Shown piece after piece: positions 55,537 through 64,000 of a stretch of DNA of 64,000 nucleotides. This stretch comes from an uncultured Clostridia bacterium. Lineage in GTDB: Bacteria > Bacillota > Clostridia > Christensenellales > UBA1242. Below the pieces are notes generated by a model. The model was not told the origin of the DNA and did no database searches. It saw only the letters and a list, made by a program, of their open reading frames with translations. The stretch is from NCBI GenBank assembly GCA_944383355.1, contig CALWPF010000002.1, positions 1,550 to 65,549 on the forward strand, written 5' to 3'. Position numbers and translations under genes: made by a program. How positions within the stretch are numbered: the stretch's first letter is position 1; each line of letters opens with the position of its first letter.

Positions 55537-57519
55537 TTAAATTTCGACATTTTGAGTCTTGTTGCGCTTTATCATAGACTTTACCTTGTTGCTAACATTA
55601 GCCACACTAAACCCAAAAAGGTCAAATAATTCACTTTGAGTTCCACTTTCCCCAAAAGTATTTACACCTAAAACTTCTCCAAATTTACCAATTATTTTTT
55701 CCCAGCCACTACTAACACCAGCCTCAATAACCAGCTTGCTAGGAAAATAATCAGGTAAAACTCTTTCTCTATATGCCTTACTTTGCAAACAAAATAAATT
55801 CCTATTGGGCATACTAACTACTCTAATAGATAACCCATCTCGCTGTAATAGCTTTTGTACCTTTAGTGCCAAATCAACCTCACTGCCAGTAGCGATTATT
55901 ATAGCATTCAAATCTTTGCTATTTTCATGAGACAAAATATATCCACCTCTGCTCACACATTTTGCACGAGTACAAGATTGTACTGGCAATTTTTGTCTAC
56001 TCAAAGATAGCACAGTAGGTGTATGATTACTAATATACCATTGCATTGCCCCAACCGTTTCAACAGCATCGGCTGGACGAAATACCATAAGATTAGGTAT
56101 CAACCTCAGACTCTCAAGTTGCTCCACCGGCTCATGCGTTGCACCATCTTGCCCCACGGCTATACTATCATGTGTGAATACATACAGGACTGGCAAATCC
56201 ATCAGAGCACTCATCCTAATACCATATCTCATATAATCACTAAAAATCAAGAAAGTAGAAGCAAAGCTCCTCACACCACCATGCAAACAAATACCATTAC
56301 AAATCGCACTCATGGCATGTTCTCTTACTCCAAAAGCTATATTACGCTCTTTACGTCTCTCTGGCGAAAAAAATGGCTCTGACTCAAAATATGCTAAAGT
56401 ACTTTTGGATAAATCTGCACATCCACCAAATATGTTGCTAATATTCTTGCCAAGTTTATTTAAAACAATATGACCTGCCTCTCTAGTACTAATATCTTGT
56501 CCCCATTTTATGGTATCCAGAGATGAACAAGCTTTTGCTAAATCAGGTTCAAACAATTCTTTATAATCATTTTTATATTGTTTCTTGTAATTCTTACAAG
56601 CATCTTGCCATTTTTTATAAAGCCTCTTATTGTTTTTTGTAAATTCGTCAAAGTGATCATACACATCAGAGTCAACCAAAAATGGCTCAGTATCCAATCC
56701 CAAATCTCTAACTACTTCTGTAAATTCTCCCTCTTTAAAAGGATTGCCGTGACAAGTAGCACTATTTGCATATTTGGATTTTTCCCCTATTATGGTACGA
56801 CAAATTATAATCGTAGGAGCATCAACTTTATCCTTTGCTAACTGAATTTGTCGTATAATATTATTAGGGTTATTGTCGCAATCCAGTACTTGCCATTGCA
56901 TTGCTTCGAATCTCTTTGGAATATCCTCTGATGTGGCGATATCAGTCCGACCATCTAAGCTAATGTTATTGCTATCAAAAAGCACAATAAGTTTACCTAA
57001 TTGCTGTTTCCCAGCCAAACTAGCTGCCTCATAACTAATCCCCTCCATCAAATCACCATCTCCACATAATACAAATGTGTAATGATCAATTAACTTCATA
57101 CCACGCTTATTGAATTTAGCAGATAGATGAGCCTCTGCCATAGCCAAACCCACAGCATTAGCAAAACCCTGCCCCAATGCACCAGTACTACAATCTACAC
57201 CTGGTGTAATATCAATCTCAGGATGTCCTGGGGTAATAGAACCCAAGGTGCGAAAATCTCTCAGATCATCTTCCGTTACATCATAACCTAGTAAATGAAG
57301 AACTGCATAAAGCATGGCGCTACCATGTCCACTAGACAAAACAACCCTATCTCTGTCAAACCAATCTGGATGCTCAGGGTCAATTTTTGCCTCATGATAA
57401 ATAGAATATATTAGAGGGCTGGCGCCTAATACTATCCCAGCATGGCCACTACCCGCTGTCTGAATCATATTCAAGCCTAACTTACGAATAGTATTGATAG
57501 ATTTTTCTACTATATTCAT
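55537..57519 (-). CDS. tkt: Transketolase
   Basis: AGGAGA is 9 nt before the ATG at 57519 (MNIVEKSINTIR; the ORF opens at 57537). Thiamine-diphosphate motifs are present: GSGHAG, GDGDLMEG, FGVREHAM. Confidence 0.93.
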   Translation of the reverse strand: MNIVEKSINTIRKLGLNMIQTAGSGHAGIVLGASPLIYSIYHEAKIDPEHPDWFDRDRVVLSSGHGSAMLYAVLHLLGYDVTEDDLRDFRTLGSITPGHPEIDITPGVDCSTGALGQGFANAVGLAMAEAHLSAKFNKRGMKLIDHYTFVLCGDGDLMEGISYEAASLAGKQQLGKLIVLFDSNNISLDGRTDIATSEDIPKRFEAMQWQVLDCDNNPNNIIRQIQLAKDKVDAPTIIICRTIIGEKSKYANSATCHGNPFKEGEFTEVVRDLGLDTEPFLVDSDVYDHFDEFTKNNKRLYKKWQDACKNYKKQYKNDYKELFEPDLAKACSSLDTIKWGQDISTREAGHIVLNKLGKNISNIFGGCADLSKSTLAYFESEPFFSPERRKERNIAFGVREHAMSAICNGICLHGGVRSFASTFLIFSDYMRYGIRMSALMDLPVLYVFTHDSIAVGQDGATHEPVEQLESLRLIPNLMVFRPADAVETVGAMQWYISNHTPTVLSLSRQKLPVQSCTRAKCVSRGGYILSHENSKDLNAIIIATGSEVDLALKVQKLLQRDGLSIRVVSMPNRNLFCLQSKAYRERVLPDYFPSKLVIEAGVSSGWEKIIGKFGEVLGVNTFGESGTQSELFDLFGFSVANVSNKVKSMIKRNKTQNVEI

Positions 57520-57620
57520 TATAAAATTTCTCCTCATAACTAAATAAATAACGCCAAAAAAGTATTATTTAATATTTACCAATTAATATTGCATATAGTA
57601 TTATTCTACTAAATTTACAC

Positions 57621-57660
57621 CAAAAATACAAACAAAAAATGATAGTAAAAACTATCATTT
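57621..57660 (-). terminator. Rho-independent terminator of the 173-aa gene
   Basis: aaaatgatag (57635-57644) pairs with ctatcatttt (57651-57660). A U-run follows on the minus transcript. Confidence 0.55.
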
Positions 57661-57664
57661 TATA

Positions 57665-58186
57665 CTATTTTGAATTCTTCTTGAAAAATCTATTCAATTC
57701 AGCTAATATTTTTTTAACAGCCTTTTTCTCTTTCATTGTACTACAGTTTATTACCATATCGCTCTTTTCCACATATTTTTTATCCCTATCACCAAAGGCA
57801 ATATCTGTGATATCTTTTGGTAAGACATCGCCACTATGCTTTGACCTAGTTTCAAAATATTTAGGAGATATTTGAGCATATATTAGATAACTAGTCTTAT
57901 TGATACTACTATAGTTGCGACCACTAAACAATGTAACAGGGTTTATATTAATAAATGTGTTCTCAAACTGACTAACATTTTTTATCACTTTTGCCTCAGC
58001 ATTTTTTATATACTTTTTACCCTCTTTATCGCCCAGTGTTTCCAAAATATGTTTTGAATCTACCAATTCGTACTCAAACATTTCTTCCATATCAACAAAA
58101 AACATATCCAATTTATCACTAAGCATTTTAGAGACATTTTTTCCATAATTTTCTAAAACACAGATTAAAGTTATATTTGTTTTCAC
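57665..58186 (-). CDS. Hypothetical protein, shikimate-kinase-like layout with a degenerate P-loop
   Basis: 173 aa. ITLICVLENYGKNVSKMLSDKLDMFFVDMEEM lines up by eye with the AroK N-terminus (IxLIGxMGxGKSTvGrxLAxxLxxxFxDxD), but the Walker A glycines and Ser/Thr are replaced. This is a low-confidence similarity. Confidence 0.45.
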   Translation of the reverse strand: MKTNITLICVLENYGKNVSKMLSDKLDMFFVDMEEMFEYELVDSKHILETLGDKEGKKYIKNAEAKVIKNVSQFENTFININPVTLFSGRNYSSINKTSYLIYAQISPKYFETRSKHSGDVLPKDITDIAFGDRDKKYVEKSDMVINCSTMKEKKAVKKILAELNRFFKKNSK

Positions 58187-58340
58187 GCAGATACCTCATT
58201 CAATTTATAAGTTAGTTAATACAAAATATTTAAATTAACTTACTGATATATATTATATAATATATCAAACTTTATCTAATTTGGCAATGATTTTGAGTTA
58301 GTTTGCAGTGTGGTGATGTTGTACAATACAGTCATTATCA

Positions 58341-58377
58341 AAAAAGATATATACATCTCAGCGTATATATCTTTTTT
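58341..58377. terminator. Rho-independent terminator of nrdDG
   Basis: aaaaagatatatac (58341-58354) pairs with gtatatatcttttt (58363-58376) around an 8-nt loop. It lies 9 nt after the nrdG stop. Confidence 0.65.
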
Positions 58378-58385
58378 AATTTATT

Positions 58386-59054
58386 TTAATGCAATTGAGT
58401 AGGAACATAATCATTACACAAGCGAGCATACTCAATTAAGTCATTAGGATCCATAGACTTTGGCAAGTTCTTATCAGCAGGCTGTTTGTACGCTTGCAAA
58501 TAATATCTCTTTGCCCCCTTGATACTCTGAGCAATTTGTAGGATATCATCTTTTGAAAAATCAGGAGTAACTGTAGTCCTAAATTCGTAGTCAATTTTGC
58601 TATTCATCAAAATATCAATACTTTGACGAACCTTGTCAATCTCGGTTTTTACGCCTGTAATCTCATCATATTTTACAAAAGGTGCTTTTATATCCATAGC
58701 CACATAATCCACCAGTGCATCATCTACTAATTTTTTGAGGATAATTGGATTTGTTCCATTTGTATCTAGCTTCACATCGTACCCCAGATTTTTTACTTTT
58801 CTTATAAAATTTATTAAATCTGGCTGTAACGTAGGCTCTCCTCCACATATGACAACGCCATCTATCAATCCAACTCTATTAGCCAAAAAATCTAAAACCT
58901 CTTGTTCATCACATTCAGCATAACTGTTTGTATCTATCAAAGGGCTATTTAAACAATACCAGCATTTCCAATTACAACCTATAGTAAATACAACCGTGGC
59001 TATATGTGATGGATAATCAATAAAAGAATTTTTTATAAATTTTTGTATCCTCAT
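58386..59054 (-). CDS. nrdG: Anaerobic ribonucleoside-triphosphate reductase activating protein (radical SAM)
   Basis: 222 aa with a CxxxCxxC cluster (GCNWKCWYC) and GGEPTLQ. It overlaps the nrdD stop by 4 nt. Confidence 0.9.
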   Translation of the reverse strand: MRIQKFIKNSFIDYPSHIATVVFTIGCNWKCWYCLNSPLIDTNSYAECDEQEVLDFLANRVGLIDGVVICGGEPTLQPDLINFIRKVKNLGYDVKLDTNGTNPIILKKLVDDALVDYVAMDIKAPFVKYDEITGVKTEIDKVRQSIDILMNSKIDYEFRTTVTPDFSKDDILQIAQSIKGAKRYYLQAYKQPADKNLPKSMDPNDLIEYARLCNDYVPTQLH

Positions 59055-61210
59055 ACTGCTATACTGCCAGCCTCCGCTGTACCTTGCTCTTTTTTGAATT
59101 GAGCAAGCTCACCTGCATCCATAAATTCCTCTGGACGTAATACAAAATTCTTTCGAGCGAAGTATTCTTCTTGTTTAGATTTATTAAAATCTTTTACGCA
59201 TCTAAAATATCCAACTACCCTAGTCCACACTTCACTTGCAGCGCCACAAATAGGACATTCAAAGTGCTCGCCTGCTACATAACCATGCTCTGGACATACA
59301 CTAAATGTAGGAGTTATGCTGATATAAGGCATCTTATTATTGTTAAAAATCTTTTGTATCAACTTTTTACAAGTCTCTCTATCAGACACTCTCTCACCTA
59401 GATATAAGTGCAACACTGTACCACCTGTATACCTAGATTGTAACTCATCTTGCAATCTAACGACTTCAAAAATATCATCAGTATACTCGACTGGAATTTG
59501 AGTAGAATTGGTGTAATATGGTTCTTTATCACCTGCCACTATAATGTCTGGGAAACGAGCCTTATCTAGTCTAGCCAACCTAGGGGCAGTACCCTCGGCA
59601 GGTGTTGCCTCCAAATTATACTGATTCCCCGTCTCGACCTGGTAACTTACCATCTTTTCACGCAAGAAATCCATAACCTCTATAGCAAAAGCCTGTCCCT
59701 CAGGAGAAGTAATTGGCTTGCCCATAAAGTTTAACAAAGCCTCATTCATACCCACAATACCTATAGTATTAAAATGATTTGCCCAATACTTGCCTGTTCG
59801 ATCCTTTACTGTCTGTAAGTAAAATTTTGAATATGGGTATAACCCATTCTCAGTCTGTTGCTCAACAACCTTTCTCTTTATCTCAAGAGAATTCTTTGCA
59901 ATATCTGCTAATTTACCAACTCGCTCCAAAAACTCTTCTTTTGTATTCGACAAATAACCGATCCTAGGCAGATTTATAGTAACAACTCCAATAGAACCTG
60001 TCAGAGGACTACTACCAAACAATCCACCACCACGCTTGCGCAATTCCTTTACATTAAGTCTTAGTCTACAACACATTGATACTGCATCTTCTGGGCTGAG
60101 GTCACTAGTAACATAGTTTGCGAAATAAGGAGTACCATACTTACATGTCATATCCATTACTGCATTCATTACAGGAGTATCCCAATCTAGTTCTTTTGTA
60201 ACATTAATAGTAGGAATTGGGAATGTAAATATACGTCCATTACTGTCACCTTGCATCATAACTTCACAAAATGCCAAGTTAAACATATCCATTTCTTTTT
60301 GGAAATCACCATAAGTTTTATCTTGAGGTACACCACCTATGATAACTGGTCTATCTTTTAACAATTTTGGAACCTTGATATCCAATGTAATGTTACTGAA
60401 AGGGCATTGGAATCCAACACGAGTAGCAACATTCATATTAAATACAAACCCCTGAATGGCTTGCACTACCTCTTCGTAAGACAAATTATCATAGTATATG
60501 AATGGAGCACAATATGTATCAAAACTACTCCACGCCTGTGCACCTGCAGTCTCTCCCTGAAGAGTAAATGTAGCATTAGTCACTTGTCCAAGAAAACTCC
60601 TAAGGTGCTTTGCTGGAGCACTACTAATCTTACCCTCTACTCCAGTAAATCCCATGGTAAGAATTTGATTCAAATCCCAGCCAACGCAGTATGCGCCAAA
60701 AAATCCCAAGTCGTGAACATGCAAATCTCCACTCAAGTGTGCCTCACGAACCTCTACAGGGTATACCTCATTTAACCAGTAATTTTTAGTAAATTCTTCT
60801 CTAACATAATTATTCAAACCAGCGACAGATCGCTGCATATTACTATTCTCTTTTGTCCTCCAGTCAGTATCATCTATATATTTATCAAAAAGATCTATAG
60901 TAGCACCGATCAGTGCATTATTTTCTCTAGCACTCTTACGCTTTTCTCTATACAAAATAAAAGCTTTGGCAGTCTGAGAATGTCTATTCTCTATTAATAC
61001 ATATTCAACTATATCTTGTATTTGTTCTACAGTAGGTACTCTGTCTTTTAACCTATCCTGAATCAAAGCATCTACTTGATCTGCCAATTTGCATGCGGTA
61101 TCATAATTGCTACCATTGCATGCCACGGCTGCCTTGAATATAGCATCCGCTATCTTCTTTTTATTAAATTCTTGATAAGTACCATCTCTCTTCAATACTA
61201 AACGGGTCAT
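59051..61210 (-). CDS. nrdD: Anaerobic ribonucleoside-triphosphate reductase
   Basis: 719 aa. N-terminal ATP-cone (VLKRDGTYQEFNKKKI). C-terminal Zn site CPEHG...CPICG and glycyl-radical loop RVVGYFR. Confidence 0.95.
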   Translation of the reverse strand: MTRLVLKRDGTYQEFNKKKIADAIFKAAVACNGSNYDTACKLADQVDALIQDRLKDRVPTVEQIQDIVEYVLIENRHSQTAKAFILYREKRKSARENNALIGATIDLFDKYIDDTDWRTKENSNMQRSVAGLNNYVREEFTKNYWLNEVYPVEVREAHLSGDLHVHDLGFFGAYCVGWDLNQILTMGFTGVEGKISSAPAKHLRSFLGQVTNATFTLQGETAGAQAWSSFDTYCAPFIYYDNLSYEEVVQAIQGFVFNMNVATRVGFQCPFSNITLDIKVPKLLKDRPVIIGGVPQDKTYGDFQKEMDMFNLAFCEVMMQGDSNGRIFTFPIPTINVTKELDWDTPVMNAVMDMTCKYGTPYFANYVTSDLSPEDAVSMCCRLRLNVKELRKRGGGLFGSSPLTGSIGVVTINLPRIGYLSNTKEEFLERVGKLADIAKNSLEIKRKVVEQQTENGLYPYSKFYLQTVKDRTGKYWANHFNTIGIVGMNEALLNFMGKPITSPEGQAFAIEVMDFLREKMVSYQVETGNQYNLEATPAEGTAPRLARLDKARFPDIIVAGDKEPYYTNSTQIPVEYTDDIFEVVRLQDELQSRYTGGTVLHLYLGERVSDRETCKKLIQKIFNNNKMPYISITPTFSVCPEHGYVAGEHFECPICGAASEVWTRVVGYFRCVKDFNKSKQEEYFARKNFVLRPEEFMDAGELAQFKKEQGTAEAGSIAV

Positions 61211-61244
61211 TTTACCTACTCCTTTTTAAAAATCTTACATTCCA

Positions 61245-61274
61245 ATTATAAATAAACACTATATCTTGTGTCAA
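61245..61274 (-). promoter_or_regulatory. Sigma-A promoter of nrdDG
   Basis: The minus strand reads TTGACA (61274-61269), 18 nt, then TATAAT (61250-61245). AAGGAG RBS upstream of the ATG at 61210. Confidence 0.55.
61256..61271. promoter_or_regulatory. NrdR box 1 (overlaps the promoter spacer and -35)
   Basis: ACACTATATCTTGTGT compared with the NrdR-box consensus acaCwAtATaTwGtgt. Confidence 0.65.
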
Positions 61275-61288
61275 TCATAATCACCATA

Positions 61289-61304
61289 ATACTATATATT
61301 GTGT
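61289..61304. promoter_or_regulatory. NrdR box 2
   Basis: ATACTATATATTGTGT. It lies 33 bp centre-to-centre from box 1, about three helical turns, which is the usual tandem arrangement. Confidence 0.65.
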
Positions 61305-61432
61305 ATTTTTGTATTTATTGCACAAATCGACATAAAATTTGATAATTTATAAAAATGCAAAATATAAAAAAATTTTAAGTTTTGCGAATAGTTTTGACTA
61401 AATAAAAGCATAGAGAATTTATAAATATAAAA

Positions 61433-61465
61433 GAAAACTGATTTTAATTTTAAAAATCAGTTTTC
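61433..61465 (-). terminator. Rho-independent terminator of the MBL-fold gene
   Basis: gaaaactgatttt (61433-61445) pairs with aaaatcagttttc (61453-61465). A U-rich run follows on the minus transcript. Confidence 0.6.
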
Positions 61466-61499
61466 CACATTTTTTATTTTTTGAATTACAATTAATTTT

Positions 61500-63089
61500 T
61501 TATTTACTTTTTTTGGAGGATTTTAAAAAGCTTGGAATAATGACCAATAATATAACTCCTGAAATCACAATTATGCCTACAACAACATACCACCACTTGA
61601 TTATATTACCATCAGGATCACTTGGAGCAACTAAACTTGCCTCACCAGTATAAGCTATAACAAAATCTCGTGTTACCGTTTGATTATCCGCTGTTGTACT
61701 GGTTACCTCAGAATCTTGATTTTGCCCTGCGTTATTATCTACTACCTCTTCATTATCGCCAGATGCAGAGGAATTACCAGTATATCCAAAGCCAATTACT
61801 ATATCACCACTCTGCGCTGTAATAAATATATGATTGGAATCTACCCCGTTATTGTACAATGTATCAATTGTTTTTTGTTTTGGGTGACCATACTTATTAT
61901 TAATACCACAAGATATTATAGCATATTCTGGGCTTAGTGCCTTGACAAAAGCATCTTGAGAGCTCGTGTCACTCCCATGGTGCCCCATATCCATAATATC
62001 TACATCAGGCAATGGTAGGTTGCTTTCATTTGCTAAAATTTCGTCTTCTTCTTCTGTTTCGGCATCGCCTGTAAAGGCAATTTTGGTGCCGTTATAATCT
62101 AATACGATTACGCTTGAATAGTTGTTCCAACTGCTATAAACGTTGCTAGGAGTTATGGGAGCATAGAACGTGAAAGTGTACTCGTCCCCGCCAAAATGCT
62201 CGCCTGCAATAGGATAATAAATCTCGGCTGGAGTGTCATCTGGCCCGTGAGTTTCGTTATAAATACGGCTAATAAATTTATACATTATATCTGTACTTTT
62301 GGCATTTGTAGTGTTTTTTGGCTCGCCTATTTTAATGCCATAACCATATTCGCTATTTAATTCAGCGACTGCGGCACGCTCCTTTGCCTCAACAGCGGCT
62401 TGCTCTTCAACAGTTGCAATAGTACCATCGGGGTCTAATGCAAGCTTACTATCTTCACCGTCTGATACAAAAAATGTATAAGGTCTATAAATGGTTGCCA
62501 CTTCGTAGGTGTCTAAAATATCAGGCAAATAGTACATATGGTCGCTATCTGGGTGCGTCAAAATCATATAGTCAATTATTTCACCATCGTCAAGCAAATA
62601 AGTATCAATATAACTTAACACTTTTTGACTTGTTTCGGAGTTATAGGTCTCGCTACCACTGTCAATTATAACATTCTTGCCATCTGGCAAATCAATCATG
62701 ATACAATCACCCTGTCCCACAAACACATAATGCACCTTTAAGGCACTGTTCGCATTTACATCGGCTATTGTGGTCACAACGTCACCGTCATCTTCTGTCG
62801 TACCAGTAGTATTACTAGGTCCATATATCCAGTTATTGACAGCAGGCTCAATAGTGTTAGTGAATATCAATGATACCAGAGCTAAAATAGTAATTACTAC
62901 CCAGATACTTAATAGCCAGCCATATTTCTTTGCATTCTTAACAGCAGTTTTTGCTTGATTGACGTCACTTTTGGTAATCTTGCTATCACTCTTGCCCGTT
63001 AATTTATCAACAACTTTTGATGCGCTATCAACTTTATTCTTTGCTGCCTTAGCTTTTTTCCTTGCTTCGTTATACTTATCCCAAGACAT
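61500..63089 (-). CDS. ComEC-C-terminal-like metallo-beta-lactamase fold ectoprotein with TM helices at both ends
   Basis: GGAGGT is 8 nt before the ATG at 63089 (MSWDKYNEARKK; the ORF opens at 63134). A K-rich N-terminal segment precedes a TM (WLLSIWVVITILALVSLIF). MBL motifs are present (LKVHYVFVGQGDCIMIDLPDGKNVIIDSG, ILTHPDSDH, GHHGS). C-terminal TM WWYVVVGIIVISGVILLVIIPSFL plus KSSKKSK. Confidence 0.7.
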   Translation of the reverse strand: MSWDKYNEARKKAKAAKNKVDSASKVVDKLTGKSDSKITKSDVNQAKTAVKNAKKYGWLLSIWVVITILALVSLIFTNTIEPAVNNWIYGPSNTTGTTEDDGDVVTTIADVNANSALKVHYVFVGQGDCIMIDLPDGKNVIIDSGSETYNSETSQKVLSYIDTYLLDDGEIIDYMILTHPDSDHMYYLPDILDTYEVATIYRPYTFFVSDGEDSKLALDPDGTIATVEEQAAVEAKERAAVAELNSEYGYGIKIGEPKNTTNAKSTDIMYKFISRIYNETHGPDDTPAEIYYPIAGEHFGGDEYTFTFYAPITPSNVYSSWNNYSSVIVLDYNGTKIAFTGDAETEEEDEILANESNLPLPDVDIMDMGHHGSDTSSQDAFVKALSPEYAIISCGINNKYGHPKQKTIDTLYNNGVDSNHIFITAQSGDIVIGFGYTGNSSASGDNEEVVDNNAGQNQDSEVTSTTADNQTVTRDFVIAYTGEASLVAPSDPDGNIIKWWYVVVGIIVISGVILLVIIPSFLKSSKKSK

Positions 63090-63154
63090 AGAATATACCT
63101 CCATCAGTACATTTTTATCCAAATTACAATTCAAAACACAACTAACATAAACGA

Positions 63155-64000
63155 TTATTCGTTAGATTTCCCATCTGTTGCTTGTTCACTTAAAAATTTC
63201 TCAAAATCTTTTTCGTCACTATTGCTTATTTCTTCCTTTACCGCTGATGTTGCAGAACCAGAGCGAGCAGCTTTTGCTGCTGCTCTACGAGCTTCCCGCT
63301 CAATAGCACGCAATTTTTTAGCAGTCTTTTTGATATCTTCATTTGGCGTCTCTCGGCCAATAGCCTTGAGTATATTATGCATCTCTGCCTTCGTAGTTTC
63401 ATAACCTACTCTTATCATTTCATCTATGTTGTCCAGCTTAGTTTGATTATATTGTGATAAATCAAGCTTTACTATATAGTCAGAGTGAACATATCCATTA
63501 ACAGAGTTAGATTTCATCAATATTCTCAATACAGCCTTCATCAAATCCAAATATTTAGTACTGGTAGTACCATAACCTCTAGTAGGATTCAAGTCAAAAG
63601 CTATTACAATATCTGCTCCCATTTCTCTTGCTACATTAGCTGGAATATTATTTTGCAACCCTCCATCAAATAACCTATATGGGCCAAAGTCTACAGGATT
63701 AAAAATGGTAGGAACAGCACAACTGCCTGCAATAGCAGCATCTAGAGGTCCACTCGTCAATCTTTTTTCTTCACCTGAGATAATATCGACTGCTACTGCT
63801 GTAAATGGTTTATTCAAATCCTCAAAGCCTTTACCAGATAATATCTCTCGTATTACGCTCCTAAGTTTATCTGTTTTGCTAGGGACATAGGGTATCTTAC
63901 TTGATTTAATATCCTTAGCACGCAAACTCTTTGCTATTTTTATCATTTGCTCTATTGTCATATCTGTACAATATACAGCTCCCATGATTGACCCCACACT
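63155..64000 (-). CDS. Patatin-like phospholipase (N-terminus off-window)
   Basis: The frame is open to the window edge, where the reverse-strand translation of the last bases reads S-V-G-S-I-M-G-A. This fits the GxSxG nucleophile elbow. The downstream catalytic DGG motif (RLFDGGLQNNIP) is present. The C-terminal tail is charged and Ala/Arg/Glu-rich. Confidence 0.8.
   Translation of the reverse strand, partial: SVGSIMGAVYCTDMTIEQMIKIAKSLRAKDIKSSKIPYVPSKTDKLRSVIREILSGKGFEDLNKPFTAVAVDIISGEEKRLTSGPLDAAIAGSCAVPTIFNPVDFGPYRLFDGGLQNNIPANVAREMGADIVIAFDLNPTRGYGTTSTKYLDLMKAVLRILMKSNSVNGYVHSDYIVKLDLSQYNQTKLDNIDEMIRVGYETTKAEMHNILKAIGRETPNEDIKKTAKKLRAIEREARRAAAKAARSGSATSAVKEEISNSDEKDFEKFLSEQATDGKSNE

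Noticed and set aside
57639-57875. 78-aa plus-strand ORF overlapping the terminator and the 3' end of the 173-aa gene
   Set aside because: It is low-complexity and F/L/I-rich, has no RBS, and begins inside a terminator hairpin.

Overview
AT-rich (roughly one-third G+C by eye), densely coding chromosomal segment read with the standard bacterial code. The gene content points to an anaerobic, endospore-forming Bacillota (Firmicutes) bacterium: spoIIR-sleB-ypeB, veg, DUF1540, a Bacillus-type long SRP RNA and nrdDG preceded by NrdR boxes. Confidently recognised housekeeping genes are uvrB-uvrA, rpiB, gltX, type-2 ileS, rplI, fba, gap, mnmA, tkt and nrdD-nrdG. Their products are backed by diagnostic motifs visible in the translations. 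About 23 kb (~36% of the window) encodes seven very large envelope proteins: 1-1386 (partial), 6375-9767, 11166-16026 (split), 16653-21047, 22069-26616, 44010-46706 and 46911-48950. They are built from GLUG/beta-helix, InlB-B-repeat-like, Ig-like, BspA-type LRR and WLRS...VRPAL modules. They are held by plain N- or C-terminal TM helices, with no LPXTG or SLH signals seen. I see no transposase, integrase, CRISPR array, tRNA/rRNA gene or recognisable compact multi-gene defence island. The observations most worth follow-up are five. (1) Two unrelated membrane proteins end in twin canonical AT-hook (RGRP) motifs on predicted cytoplasmic tails. (2) A ~4.9-kb adhesin gene is split by a frameshift next to an A7 tract and carries three ~1.09-kb tandem repeats. 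(3) A protein with an HEPN-like RNxxxH domain fused to a CBS pair overlaps the ileS start region. (4) An identical 13-bp palindrome brackets the spoIIR-sleB-ypeB operon. (5) A 71-aa, 11-cysteine hydrophobic miniprotein has its own RBS and terminator. All functional calls come from motif recognition by eye. No database search was run.
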